Shown in pieces: positions 9,332 to 19,510 of a stretch of 60,910 bases of DNA. Position 1 is the first letter of the stretch, and each line of letters begins with the position of its first letter. Source of the DNA: an uncultured Eubacteriales bacterium (lineage in GTDB: Bacteria; Bacillota; Clostridia; Lachnospirales; CAYPQA01); contig CAYPQA010000001.1 in the NCBI GenBank assembly GCA_964412725.1, positions 1 to 60,910 on the forward strand. Direction: 5' to 3'. A program made the position numbers and the translations under genes. Under the pieces are notes generated by a model. It made no database searches, had not been told where the DNA came from, and saw only the letters and a list, made by a program, of their open reading frames with translations.

Positions 9332-9519
9332 ACCTCTTCGTAGATTTGTGTAAGACTTCTTTTGCAAAAGTCCAAAAGCAAGCCGGCTTCCTTATGTAAA
9401 CCTACTGCGTCCTTAAGCTATGTTTCGGAGCTTTGCATGTCATCCAAGATGTCTTCTAGCCTTAAAACAGCCTCCTCAAAGCTAATTTTTTCAAGATTTA
9501 ATTTTGATGTTTTTCTCAT
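9313..9519 (-). pseudogene. xseB: Exodeoxyribonuclease VII small subunit interrupted by an in-frame TAG (codon 34)
   Basis: Manual translation gives MRKTSKLNLEKISFEEAVLRLEDILDDMQSSET*LKDAVGLHKEAGLLLDFCKRSLTQIYEEVYVIQS*. Both halves match the XseB pattern. The ATG overlaps the xseA stop (ATGA). The TAG is at 9418-9420. Confidence 0.65.
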
Positions 9520-10655
9520 ATGTTTTCCCTTTCAGAGACGGTGGCTTTAAAGCTGCCGTCTTTTAATTTTATCGTAAGAGACTGCTCAGGGTGTATGTCA
9601 TTTATTGAGGATATGAAGTTTTCACCTTCATGTATAAGCGCATATCCCTTTTCAAGCGGTTTAAAAGGCCAAAGACTGTTCAAAAGCTTTTCATCAGCAA
9701 GAAGTCTGTCTCTTGCCTTTATGAGTCTATCTTCTATAGTTCTCTTTAAATCGTTTCCCAATAGGTCAACTTTGAGCGACATATCATTATACTTTCGCTT
9801 TAATAATTCGCCCGAGCGTTGATAGATAGCCTCGATATGAGCTATAAGCTCGTCTTTTAGTGGAACAAGCATTTCTGCGGCTGCAGATGGTGTTGGTGCT
9901 CGTCTGTCTGAAACAAGGTCAATTATGGTGTAGTCTGTTTCGTGGCCTACAGCCGATACAACAGGCACCCTTGAATTATAGACAGCCCTTGCAACAAGCT
10001 CTGTGTTAAAAGCTTGCAAATCCTCAAAGCTACCACCGCCACGAGCGACAATGATGGCATCAACCCGCTTCTGCTGATTTGCTATTTCAAGAGCATGAGC
10101 AATCTGCGACGGAGCGTCGGGGCCTTGAACAAGCACAGGAGCTAAAGTAAGCCTAACCGAATTGTTGCGGCGCATGGTGACGCTTGCAATGTCGTTTATA
10201 ACCGCACCTGTTGGAGAAGTTACAACAATTATGTTCCTTGGATAACTTGGCAATGGCTTTTTCCTCGACAGATCAAAAAGCCCTTCTTCATAAAGCCTTA
10301 TCTTCAACTGCTCATAGGCCATATAGAGTGCGCCCAAGCCCGTTGGTTCAATTTTTTGCACATAAAGCTGTAGTGTGCCTGTGCGTTCATAAATGCCTGC
10401 GTGTGCAAAGATTGTAACCCTAAGCCCATTTTCAAAAGTGAATGTAATCTCAGGGTTGAACATCACGCAGTTTATAGATGAGTTTTCATCCTTAACCGAG
10501 AAATAAAGGTGACCAGATGAATGAGGGCGAAAGTTAGAAACTTCGCCCTCAATAAAAAATCCATCCAAAAGCGTATCGCTCTCTATAGTACGCTTAAGAT
10601 AGCTATTAATTTGTGTGACGGTAAATATACGTTTAGCCATGCGTCTCTGTATCAC
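9516..10655 (-). CDS. xseA: Exodeoxyribonuclease VII large subunit
   Basis: 379 aa with an OB-fold N-terminus (FTVTQINSYLK...GEVSNF) and a catalytic core. The start may instead be the ATG at 10640. Confidence 0.9.
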   Translation of the reverse strand: MIQRRMAKRIFTVTQINSYLKRTIESDTLLDGFFIEGEVSNFRPHSSGHLYFSVKDENSSINCVMFNPEITFTFENGLRVTIFAHAGIYERTGTLQLYVQKIEPTGLGALYMAYEQLKIRLYEEGLFDLSRKKPLPSYPRNIIVVTSPTGAVINDIASVTMRRNNSVRLTLAPVLVQGPDAPSQIAHALEIANQQKRVDAIIVARGGGSFEDLQAFNTELVARAVYNSRVPVVSAVGHETDYTIIDLVSDRRAPTPSAAAEMLVPLKDELIAHIEAIYQRSGELLKRKYNDMSLKVDLLGNDLKRTIEDRLIKARDRLLADEKLLNSLWPFKPLEKGYALIHEGENFISSINDIHPEQSLTIKLKDGSFKATVSERENI

Positions 10656-11064
10656 CGCCTGTACCCTTTACGGACTTGGCTATTGAGCCCAAGACCCCGT
10701 TTATATATTTGGGACTTTCATCATCACAAAAAACCTTTGCCATTTCGACAGCCTCATTAATGACCACGCGTTCGGATATATCCGAAAACATCAACTCATA
10801 TGTAGCCATACGAAGCAAGGCTAGGTCTGTGCGATTAATACGATCTATAGACCAACCTGTCAAAAATCTTGTAATATTGCCATCAATTTCAATCATATTC
10901 CGCTTAGTACCGTCATAAAGAGATACGATAAAGCCAATATCGCCTATCTCCCTAAGAAAGCGTTTGGTGTATATATCCAGAAGTTCGTCATAAAAGCAAG
11001 CATCATGGAAAGCTAATTGAAAGATAAGGTTAAACGCATGCTTTCGTTCAATTCGTCGGTTCAT
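10633..11064 (-). CDS. nusB: Transcription antitermination factor NusB
   Basis: 143 aa with NusB family motifs (RRIERKHAFNLIFQ, DRINRTDLALLRMATYEL). Confidence 0.9.
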   Translation of the reverse strand: MNRRIERKHAFNLIFQLAFHDACFYDELLDIYTKRFLREIGDIGFIVSLYDGTKRNMIEIDGNITRFLTGWSIDRINRTDLALLRMATYELMFSDISERVVINEAVEMAKVFCDDESPKYINGVLGSIAKSVKGTGGDTETHG

Positions 11065-11438
11065 TTTATTTCCTCACCGCGAATTTTGTCTTTTATATTA
11101 TCAGGCTGTAACCCGCTCACGTTAACGTTAACTTCCTTAACGTTAAGCCCAGTCATGTTTTCAACAGCCTCCTTGACATGCTTTTGAACCTCTAAGCTAA
11201 CCTCATGCAATTTATACCCGTTCTTAATCACGATATTAAGCCTTAAGATTGCATTGCCGTCATTAATTGAAACTGAAACGCCCTTAGCCAAATTCTTTTT
11301 GCCAAGCATTTCGCTTATATCGCTGAAATTTCCGCTCAAGCAAGCAACGCCTTCAACTTCGGCTGCAGCAGTTCCCGCTATAACTGCGACACAATCGTCG
11401 GAAATTTGCACAGAACCAATTCCTGATTTTATCTCCAT
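11061..11438 (-). CDS. Asp23/Gls24 family envelope stress protein
   Basis: 125 aa of the Asp23 family (VQISDDCVAVIAGTAAAEVEGV). It forms the usual asp23-nusB-xseAB operon arrangement. Confidence 0.8.
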   Translation of the reverse strand: MEIKSGIGSVQISDDCVAVIAGTAAAEVEGVACLSGNFSDISEMLGKKNLAKGVSVSINDGNAILRLNIVIKNGYKLHEVSLEVQKHVKEAVENMTGLNVKEVNVNVSGLQPDNIKDKIRGEEIK

Positions 11439-11709
11439 AAATATTCATCTCCTTTTACAGGGTATTTTATAGTATAACCCATACGCAGTCAACTCCTTTT
11501 GACTTCAAAATCTTAAAAATATGTCTTTACAACATAGCTTTAAGTATGATAAAATGGAAAAAAATAATTGTAAAATTCTAAGAATAATTCCTTGGAAATT
11601 TGCTGGCGAATTTTAAACAAATTTTTGTTACGCTTTTGCTTTATTCCATAGCTTTTCTTATATACTATATTCATTAAAATATATTGTATAAGTTGGAGGA
11701 TTGAGCAAA

Positions 11710-12132
11710 ATGCCGCTTGTTAAACGTTTTGCGCTGACCGCTTTATTCTGCATTTGGTTTGTAAGCACTGTCTTTGCGGGAGGCTATTTTGTTAAGGATG
11801 AAAATGAAACTCTGTCACTTGTGCCCTTTGAAGGCAATCCCAAACAAACCTTTCAGGCGCTTTTTGATAGCCTAAGCGCCTTCATTCCTAAGGGTGTTGT
11901 CGTGCTTGGAGCCGATATTGATGAGGATGGGTGTTTATATCTCAATCTATCTAAAGAGGCGCTTGGTTACGGTGGAAACTATTTCGAGGCTAATTTTTGC
12001 GAACTGTTGGCTAAAACAGCTTTTGTATTGCCCTCCGTTAATACATTTGCCGTACTCATTGAGGGCGAATGTATTCCTCTTTCCGAGGGGCGTGTTATTT
12101 TTAATTCTACGGAGGAAAAACTATTTTATTAG
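11710..12132 (+). CDS. Secreted GerMN-like domain protein
   Basis: The ATG at 11710 lies 10 nt after a GGAGGA SD. It has an N-terminal signal/TM segment and a GerMN-like C-terminal pattern (LYLNLSKEAL...VNTFAVLIEGECIP). Confidence 0.55.
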   Translation: MPLVKRFALTALFCIWFVSTVFAGGYFVKDENETLSLVPFEGNPKQTFQALFDSLSAFIPKGVVVLGADIDEDGCLYLNLSKEALGYGGNYFEANFCELLAKTAFVLPSVNTFAVLIEGECIPLSEGRVIFNSTEEKLFY

Positions 12133-12145
12133 GAGGATATTTTTT

Positions 12146-13231
12146 ATGGTCAAAAAAATTGGTATTTTGACGGGCGGGGGAGACGCTCCTGGTTTAAACG
12201 CCGTTATCTATGCCCTTACACGTGCTTGTATCACTAAGTACGGCTATGAAGTTATCGGTTACAAATTTGGTTACAGGGGCTTGTACAATAACGACTTTAT
12301 TCGTCTCAGTCTGTCAAGCACCTCCGGTATCCTGCACAGAGGCGGTACCATGCTCTACAGCTCAAACAAAGACAACCTCTTTGATTACACCATTGAAGAA
12401 AACGGAGTTAAGGTCAAAAAAGATTGCTCCGACGTTGCGATTGAGAACATGAAAAAAGAGGGCGTTGACGCTCTAGTTGTTTTGGGTGGAGATGGTACTC
12501 TTACAAGCGCAAGGGATTTTTCCAGAAAAGGCGTTAAAGTTATTGGCGTTCCAAAAACCATTGACAATGACCTTGGTGCAACCGATGCAACCTTCGGCTT
12601 TGACACGGCTGTTAACATCGTTACAGAAAATCTTGGACGTTTGCATACAACCGCCGAATCTCACCATCGTATAATGGTTGTTGAGGTTATGGGACGCGAT
12701 GCGGGCTTTATCGCACTTCAAGCGGGTATAGCGGGTTCGGCCGATATTATCCTCATTCCCGAATTCCCGTTCTCTATGGACAAAATTGTAAGCAAAATCG
12801 AAGACAGAGATGCAATGGGTAAACCATTTACCATTATAGTTGTTACAGAAGGTGCCGTTGAACAAGGCGGCAGTGCAGTCATAGGAAAGATTGTTGAGGA
12901 CAGCCCCGAGCAAAAGCGTTACGGCGGTATCGCGGCAAAGATTGCTCATGAATTGGAGCCTCTAGTTAAACACGAAGTCAGAAGCTGTGCGCTCGGTCAC
13001 ATTCAAAGAGGTGGCGAAACCTCTGCGGCCGACAGAGTACTTTCCGTGAGATATGGTGTTGCGGCTGCCGATATGATTTATAACGGCTTGTTCGGAAACA
13101 TGGTTGCGCTTAAGGGCGGCAAGATGAGCTTTGAAAGTCTTGAGAACGTTATTGGTACAAGCAAAAGAGTTCATAGAAACGACGAACTTGTTTATGTGGC
13201 CAAGTCCTTGGGCATTTCTTTCGGAGACTAA
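12146..13231 (+). CDS. pfkA: ATP-dependent 6-phosphofructokinase
   Basis: The ATG at 12146 follows an AGGAGG SD. The protein starts MVKKIGILTGGGDAPGLNAV and contains GGDGT and PKTIDND motifs. Confidence 0.9.
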   Translation: MVKKIGILTGGGDAPGLNAVIYALTRACITKYGYEVIGYKFGYRGLYNNDFIRLSLSSTSGILHRGGTMLYSSNKDNLFDYTIEENGVKVKKDCSDVAIENMKKEGVDALVVLGGDGTLTSARDFSRKGVKVIGVPKTIDNDLGATDATFGFDTAVNIVTENLGRLHTTAESHHRIMVVEVMGRDAGFIALQAGIAGSADIILIPEFPFSMDKIVSKIEDRDAMGKPFTIIVVTEGAVEQGGSAVIGKIVEDSPEQKRYGGIAAKIAHELEPLVKHEVRSCALGHIQRGGETSAADRVLSVRYGVAAADMIYNGLFGNMVALKGGKMSFESLENVIGTSKRVHRNDELVYVAKSLGISFGD

Positions 13232-13251
13232 AATTAAGGAGTTAGTATTTA

Positions 13252-15846
13252 ATGGCTATTAAATTTTTGGAAAGACTTTTCGGAAATTACAGCGACAAGG
13301 AAATCAAACGTATTGAGCCCATTATCAAACAAATTGATGATTTGGGCGACAAGATGGCTGCACTTTCCGATGAAGCCTTAAGAAATAAAACGCAAGAATT
13401 TAAAGACAGAATAAAGGACGGCGACACCTTGGATGATATTTTGCCCGAGGCTTTCGCCGTTGTTAGAGAAGCCGCCACACGTGTTTTGGGTGAGCGGCAT
13501 TTTCGCGTCCAGCTTATAGGCGGGATTATCCTTCACCAAGGGCGTATTTCAGAAATGCGCACCGGTGAAGGTAAAACGCTTGTTTCAACCTTGCCTGCCT
13601 ACCTTAATTCTCTCACCGGCGAAGGCGTTCACGTCGTAACCGTTAACGATTATCTTGCAAGACGTGACTCCGAATGGATGGGCAGAATTTATGAGTTTTT
13701 AGGCGTTTCCTGTGGCGTTATCCTTCACGATATGGACAATAATGCTCGCCGTGCGGCCTATGCCTGCGACATAACCTATGCAACAAATAACGAACTTGGT
13801 TTCGATTATTTGCGTGACAATATGGTTGTCTACAAGGCAGAAATGGTGCAGCGCGGCTTAAATTATGCCATTGTGGACGAGGTTGACTCGGTTTTGATAG
13901 ACGAGGCAAGAACCCCGCTTATTATTTCCGGAAGCAGCGGCAAGTCCACACAGCTTTATATCATAGCTGACGGTTTCGTTAAAACACTTAAAAAGGGACG
14001 TATATTAAATGAAGAAGAGGCTCTTAATCCGATAACGCGCGCTGAAATCATTGAAGAAGGCGACTTTATCGTTGATGAAAAAGCTAAAACTGTTTCGCTT
14101 ACTCAAAACGGTATAAAGAAGGCCGAGCGTTTTTTCGCAATAGAAAACCTTGCAGACCCCGATCACTTACAGCTTAACCACCATATCAACAACGCGCTTA
14201 AAGCAAACTACAACATGCATAAAGACAAGGATTATGTTGTTGCAGAAGATGAAATTGTAATTGTTGACGAATTTACAGGACGTCTCATGGCGGGTCGCCG
14301 TTATTCCGACGGCTTGCACCAAGCCATTGAGGCTAAAGAAGGCGTTGCCGTTAAGAAGGAAAGCAAGACGCTTGCAACTATCACCTTCCAAAATTTCTTC
14401 AATAAATACGCTAAAAAATCAGGTATGACCGGTACAGCCTTAACAGAAGATGCGGAATTCCGTGAAATCTACGGCATGGACGTTGTTGCCATACCTACAA
14501 ACAAACCTGTCGCGCGTAAGGATTTACCCGATGTTGTATATCGTAACGAGCAAGCGAAGTTTCGCGCTGTTGTTAAGGAGATTGTAGAGGCTTATAAAAA
14601 GCGTCAACCAGTACTTGTAGGAACAATAACCATTGACAAGTCTGAGGAATTAAGCGAGTTGCTTAAAAAGGAAAACATTCCGCACAGCGTGCTTAACGCG
14701 AAGTATCACCAAATGGAGGCTGAGATTGTTTCACTTGCTGGACAAGCCGGAGCCGTCACCATTGCAACCAACATGGCCGGTCGTGGTACTGACATTAAAC
14801 TTGGCGAGGGTGTTTTAACGCTTGGCGGTTTAAAAATCATCGGCACGGAACGCCACGAGAGCAGACGTATAGACAATCAGCTCAGAGGACGTGCAGGACG
14901 TCAAGGTGACCTGGGTGAATCGCGTTTTTATATATCGCTTGAAGATGACTTAATGCGTCTTTTCGGTGCAGAGCGTATTATGAAACTTGTTGATACGCTT
15001 GGTCTTGATGAGGACGAGCCTATCGAGCACAGCATGCTCACAAAGGCTATCGAAAATGCACAAAAGAAGGTTGAAGGCAACAACTTCTCCATTCGTAAAC
15101 ACCTTCTTGAATATGACCAAGTTATGAACGAGCAAAGAGAGATTATTTATGCCGAGCGTATGAAGGTCTTGGAGGGAGAGAACCTTAAAGATAGTATACT
15201 ATCTATGATTAAAGCCTATCTTGACCGCACCGTAAACCTCTATGCTGGGGATTCAAAATATGCTGAAGAATGGGACTTTAAGGGTCTTAACGAACACCTT
15301 ATGCTTATCTACCATAGAGCAGCTTATTTGCTTACGGATGAGGATAAGGAAAGCCTAACCAGAGAGGCATTAAAAGAAAATCTATATAACCAAGCTGTAC
15401 AGCTTTACGAACAAAGAGAGCAGGAATTTACGTCTGAGCAAATGCGTGAGCTTGAACGTGTTGTCTTGTTGCGCGTTATCGACCAAAAGTGGATGGATCA
15501 TATAGATGACATGGAGCGTATGAAACAGGGTATCAACCTGCGCGCTTATGCCCAAAAAGACCCTCTTATGGAATATAAATTCTTGGGATATGAGATGTTC
15601 GAGGAGCTTACAAACAACATCCAAACCGATACAATCCACACTTTGTTTAACGTTCGAATTATACAAGCTGTTCCTGAACGTGAGCCTGTGAACCAAGATA
15701 TGGTTACCAATACGAATACAACATCAAACGTGGAGGAGCCTGCGGAAAAATCTCCCGCAAAGAAAGCTGATGCAAAGACCGGAAGAAACAGTCCCTGCCC
15801 TTGCGGAAGCGGAAAGAAATACAAACATTGCTGCGGCAACCAATAA
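13252..15846 (+). CDS. secA: Preprotein translocase ATPase SecA
   Basis: 864 aa with a DEAD motor ([28 protein letters not shown]) and a C-terminal zinc finger ([14 protein letters not shown]). Confidence 0.97.
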   Translation: MAIKFLERLFGNYSDKEIKRIEPIIKQIDDLGDKMAALSDEALRNKTQEFKDRIKDGDTLDDILPEAFAVVREAATRVLGERHFRVQLIGGIILHQGRISEMRTGEGKTLVSTLPAYLNSLTGEGVHVVTVNDYLARRDSEWMGRIYEFLGVSCGVILHDMDNNARRAAYACDITYATNNELGFDYLRDNMVVYKAEMVQRGLNYAIVDEVDSVLIDEARTPLIISGSSGKSTQLYIIADGFVKTLKKGRILNEEEALNPITRAEIIEEGDFIVDEKAKTVSLTQNGIKKAERFFAIENLADPDHLQLNHHINNALKANYNMHKDKDYVVAEDEIVIVDEFTGRLMAGRRYSDGLHQAIEAKEGVAVKKESKTLATITFQNFFNKYAKKSGMTGTALTEDAEFREIYGMDVVAIPTNKPVARKDLPDVVYRNEQAKFRAVVKEIVEAYKKRQPVLVGTITIDKSEELSELLKKENIPHSVLNAKYHQMEAEIVSLAGQAGAVTIATNMAGRGTDIKLGEGVLTLGGLKIIGTERHESRRIDNQLRGRAGRQGDLGESRFYISLEDDLMRLFGAERIMKLVDTLGLDEDEPIEHSMLTKAIENAQKKVEGNNFSIRKHLLEYDQVMNEQREIIYAERMKVLEGENLKDSILSMIKAYLDRTVNLYAGDSKYAEEWDFKGLNEHLMLIYHRAAYLLTDEDKESLTREALKENLYNQAVQLYEQREQEFTSEQMRELERVVLLRVIDQKWMDHIDDMERMKQGINLRAYAQKDPLMEYKFLGYEMFEELTNNIQTDTIHTLFNVRIIQAVPEREPVNQDMVTNTNTTSNVEEPAEKSPAKKADAKTGRNSPCPCGSGKKYKHCCGNQ

Positions 15847-15877
15847 GATTTTGACATAATTTTTAGGAGTTGATTAA

Positions 15878-16994
15878 ATGTTGGAGTTTGAACAGCTCAG
15901 CTATGAGCTTACTCCTTATAAGCTTAAACTTGAGGAAATGGGGAACTCTCTTTAACGTCTCCAATGCCAAAGCTAAAATAGAGGAATTGGAAACGCTCTC
16001 AGCTTCTGACGGATTCTGGGAGAATATGGAGGAATACCAAAAGGTTCAGCAACAAATTAAGCAGTTAAGAAACAAGGTTGACCAATTTGAAGACTTGGTT
16101 TCAAAATATGACGATTTGCTTACGCTTATGGAAATGGGTGACGAAAGCGATGGAGAGGAACAAGCCGAGCTTTTATCCGAAGCTAAGGAGCTTACCCAAA
16201 CCTTTAAAACAGATTTTGAAAACCTACGTATAGCAACCCTTCTTAATGGGGAATATGACAAAAACAACTGTATCGTTACGCTTCATTCAGGAGCCGGAGG
16301 AACCGAAAGCTGTGACTGGGTTTCAATGCTTTTGCGCATGTATACGCGTTGGGCAGAAAAACGCGGTTTCAGTATTGAAATCCTTGACACATTGCCCGGT
16401 GATGAGGCGGGTATAAAGTCCGTCACCTTCCAAATTAACGGCGAAAACGCGTTCGGATATATGCAAAGTGAAAAAGGCGTCCATCGCCTCGTTCGTATAT
16501 CTCCGTTTGACAGCTCCGGCCGCCGACACACGTCGTTCGCGTCCTGTGATGTTATGCCTGAGCTTGACGACGATGTTTCGGTTGAAATAAATAATGAGGA
16601 CTTGCGTATAGATACCTACCGTTCCAGCGGTGCGGGAGGCCAGCACGTTAATAAAACCGAGTCCGCAATTCGTATAACGCACATTCCAACAAATACGGTT
16701 GTTCAATGCCAAAACGAGCGTAGTCAGCATAAAAACAAAGACAGAGCAATGAAAATGCTACGTGCAAAGCTTTATGAACTTCAAGAAAGCGAAAAGATGG
16801 CAAAGATATCCGGAATACGCGGCGACGTCAAAGACATAGCTTGGGGCAGTCAAATCCGTTCCTATGTCTTTTGCCCATATACTATGGCCAAAGACCACCG
16901 CACAAACGAAGAAGTAGGCAACATCCAAGGTGTTATGGACGGCAATATTGACTCGTTCATTAATGCTTATCTAGTCTGGAGACAATCTGAATGA
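15878..16994 (+). CDS. prfB: Peptide chain release factor 2, expressed by programmed +1 frameshift (join 15878..15952, 15954..16994)
   Basis: Frame 0 (MLEFEQLSYELTPYKLKLEEMGNSL) ends at CTT TAA C. The +1 frame continues NVSNAKAKIEELE... and contains the SPF and GGQ motifs (RISPFDS, SGAGGQHVNK). Confidence 0.9.
15941..15956 (+). promoter_or_regulatory. prfB +1 frameshift site (GGGG..CTT TAA C)
   Basis: A slippery CUU (15950-15952) is followed by an in-frame UAA (15953-15955) and C. A G-rich SD-like element starts at 15941. Confidence 0.8.
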
Positions 16995-17953
16995 TAGAGA
17001 TAGTTATTGATAAGGATTTACAAAACCAGCGTCTTGACAAGCTTATTAAAAAACGCTTGCGCAAGGCGCCGCTTGCACTGATATATAAGCTTTTGAGAAA
17101 GAATAATATCAAGCTCAACAATAAGCCCGCCACAGGTTCTGAAATCTTAGTGGCGGGCGATATTGTAAAGTTCTTTATTTCCGATGCTATGCTTACGGAG
17201 CTTACCGAAGAACGTGTGCAAAAGAACGATGTCATAAAAAAACCTGCAGGTCAAAGCTTTACGATAGTCTATGAAGATGAGAACGTACTGCTTGTGAATA
17301 AGCCTGCGGGTTTGCTTGAAGAAACGCTTAACGACGAAGTGGTTTATTATTTGACTAAGGGTCAACGCGGGCTTTTCGTGCCCGGACTTGCAAACAGACT
17401 TGACCGAAATACAAGCGGCATTATACTTGTGGGCAAAAACCTGCCTGCGGCTCAGGAACTAAGCCGTGCGCTTGCTGAACGCTCCTTGCAGAAATACTAT
17501 ATAACCCTTGTAAATGGTAAGCTTACAGGGCGCGGCATATTACAAGGATATCTTACGAAGAACGAAAAGACGAATGAAGTTTCTGTCTCAGACAAGCCTT
17601 CAAAGGGCTGTAAGGAATGTATGACCGGCTACCGTGAAATTAAGCGCACAGATGGTATAAATTTTGTTTCCGAAAATTATTCTCTGCTTGAAATTCAGCT
17701 CCTTACAGGACGTTCCCACCAGATAAGGGCGCATTTAAAATACATTAACCATAGTATAGTAGGGGACAGGAAGTATGGAGACGAGAAGGTAAACAAGCAG
17801 TTTTCGCAAAAATTCGGGCTAGAAGACCAATTTTTACATGCGGCTAAAATAACCTTTGGAACTTTAGGCGAACGTCTTTCATACCTTAACGGAAAGTCTT
17901 TTTCGGCTCCGTTACCAGACCAGTTTAAAAAAGTGCTAAGAGGTGTCATATGA
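16991..17953 (+). CDS. RluA-family 23S rRNA pseudouridine synthase (RluD/RluC-like) with an S4 domain
   Basis: It has an N-terminal S4-like domain, the catalytic motif NRLDRNTSGIILV, and HQIRAH. ATGA overlap with the prfB stop. Confidence 0.85.
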   Translation: MIEIVIDKDLQNQRLDKLIKKRLRKAPLALIYKLLRKNNIKLNNKPATGSEILVAGDIVKFFISDAMLTELTEERVQKNDVIKKPAGQSFTIVYEDENVLLVNKPAGLLEETLNDEVVYYLTKGQRGLFVPGLANRLDRNTSGIILVGKNLPAAQELSRALAERSLQKYYITLVNGKLTGRGILQGYLTKNEKTNEVSVSDKPSKGCKECMTGYREIKRTDGINFVSENYSLLEIQLLTGRSHQIRAHLKYINHSIVGDRKYGDEKVNKQFSQKFGLEDQFLHAAKITFGTLGERLSYLNGKSFSAPLPDQFKKVLRGVI

Positions 17954-18690
17954 AAGCATTGATATTGGCCGCTGGCTATGCCACGAGGCTGTATCCACTT
18001 ACAAAAAACTTCCCAAAAGCCTTATTAAATGTCAAAGGCAAGCCTATGATTGACTATATTGTGGACGAAATTAACACCATAAGCTTTATTGATGAAATAT
18101 TAATAGTTTCTAACCATAAATATGCGGAGCATTTTCAAAAATGGCAAGCTTCACATAAAAGTCCTACGAAAATAACCGTTATCGACGACGGTTCGACCTC
18201 TGAAAATGATAGGCTTGGAGCTATCGGAGATATAAACTTTACTATAGATTACCTTAAGTCTGTAAACAACGGCACTTGGGCAGACGACCTTTGTGTTATT
18301 TGCGGAGACAATTACTTTACATTCAAGCTTAAGGACTTTGCAGACTATTTTAAACGCATTGATGCGTGTTGCGTGGTTGTAAAGCGTATTGACGACTACG
18401 AGGAATTAAAGCGTTTTGCTGTTGTTGAGGCAGATGAAAATGCACGTATAACCGGTTTTGAGGAGAAACCCGAAAACCCTAAATCTCAAATTGCTGCATT
18501 TGGTGCTTATATTTATAAAAGAGACGCGATACCGCTTGTCGAACGCTATCTCAAAGAGGGTAACAAGCCTGACGCACCGGGCTATTTTATTGAATGGCTC
18601 TATCGTCATACGGACGTATACGCGTATGAAGTAGACGGCGAATGCATAGACATCGGAACCGTCCAATCCTATGAGGAGATTAACAAATGA
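17950..18690 (+). CDS. Sugar-phosphate nucleotidyltransferase family protein
   Basis: N-terminal MKALILAAGYATRLYPLTKNFPKALL (G-x-G-T-R-L type NTP-transferase motif). Confidence 0.8.
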   Translation: MKALILAAGYATRLYPLTKNFPKALLNVKGKPMIDYIVDEINTISFIDEILIVSNHKYAEHFQKWQASHKSPTKITVIDDGSTSENDRLGAIGDINFTIDYLKSVNNGTWADDLCVICGDNYFTFKLKDFADYFKRIDACCVVVKRIDDYEELKRFAVVEADENARITGFEEKPENPKSQIAAFGAYIYKRDAIPLVERYLKEGNKPDAPGYFIEWLYRHTDVYAYEVDGECIDIGTVQSYEEINK

Positions 18691-19496
18691 CCTTGATGGA
18701 TATAATAGACGCGTTTTGCAAAAATGAAGATTGTATCTACGGCATAGCAAAACCCCAAGACAAATGCGTTATCGTCTTGGGGTTTTCTTATTTTAAAAAG
18801 TTTAATTTTGAGCTTGACGAGAAAGAAATGGAAGAGCGCGGAGAGTTTTCATACATAGCAATCGGCCGAGATTATCACCTCATACTACGCGAAAAATTGG
18901 AGCGCCTTGTCAAGTTGCTACTTGCAAAACAACAATTCTCCTACCGTATTTCGGTTGACACTGGGCCACACGAAGAAAGGGACTTGGCGGTTCTTGCCGG
19001 GCTTGGCACTTACGGACTTAACAACAACATCCTAAACGAACAGCTCGGCAGTATGTTCAACATAGGGCTTATCTACACAGACCTTGACCTTCCGCAAAGC
19101 TCACCTGCAAAGCATTTATGCACATTTTGCGGGGCTTGTGTTAAAGCCTGTGAAAAGCTATGTTCTCCGCGCCCCGCGGCTTTAGCCTACAAAGAAGGCA
19201 ATTTCAGCTTCACAAAAGAAAACTGCGTTTCATTTTTAACCCAAAAAAAAGGAACGCTCACCGCGTCCGAGAAAAAAATTATCGGCAAAAAACTTTATGG
19301 CTGTGATGAATGCCGTAAGGTTTGCCAATTCAATCAAGATTTAAAACATTATCAAATCGTAGACAATATAGACGATGCATTCCCTAAATTAAGCGATATT
19401 TTCAGTCTTGACAAAAAAACATTTGACGAGAAATACAAAGACCGCGCATTTCATTGGCGCGGTCTTGAGGTATTGCAAAGGAATGCTGATATATAG
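18687..19496 (+). CDS. queG: tRNA epoxyqueuosine(34) reductase QueG-like (short form)
   Basis: VDTGPHEERDLAVLAGLGTYG, a 4Fe-4S motif CTFCGACVKAC, and YGCDECRKVC. At 269 aa it lacks the C-terminal HEAT-like region. Confidence 0.65.
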   Translation: MTLMDIIDAFCKNEDCIYGIAKPQDKCVIVLGFSYFKKFNFELDEKEMEERGEFSYIAIGRDYHLILREKLERLVKLLLAKQQFSYRISVDTGPHEERDLAVLAGLGTYGLNNNILNEQLGSMFNIGLIYTDLDLPQSSPAKHLCTFCGACVKACEKLCSPRPAALAYKEGNFSFTKENCVSFLTQKKGTLTASEKKIIGKKLYGCDECRKVCQFNQDLKHYQIVDNIDDAFPKLSDIFSLDKKTFDEKYKDRAFHWRGLEVLQRNADI

Positions 19497-19510
19497 GTTG
19501 TTTTCATAAA

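Noticed and set aside
9362-9550. 62-aa plus-strand ORF from the ORF track.
   Set aside because: It is antisense to the XseB-like frame, which has clear family similarity and an ATGA overlap with xseA. The plus-strand ORF has no SD and no recognisable features.
11526-11555. TTTACA-N18-TGATAAAAT promoter-like element in the asp23/GerMN-like divergent region.
   Set aside because: The spacing is suboptimal and it lies about 150 nt from the nearest plus-strand start in very AT-rich DNA, where such matches occur by chance. I kept it out of the feature list.
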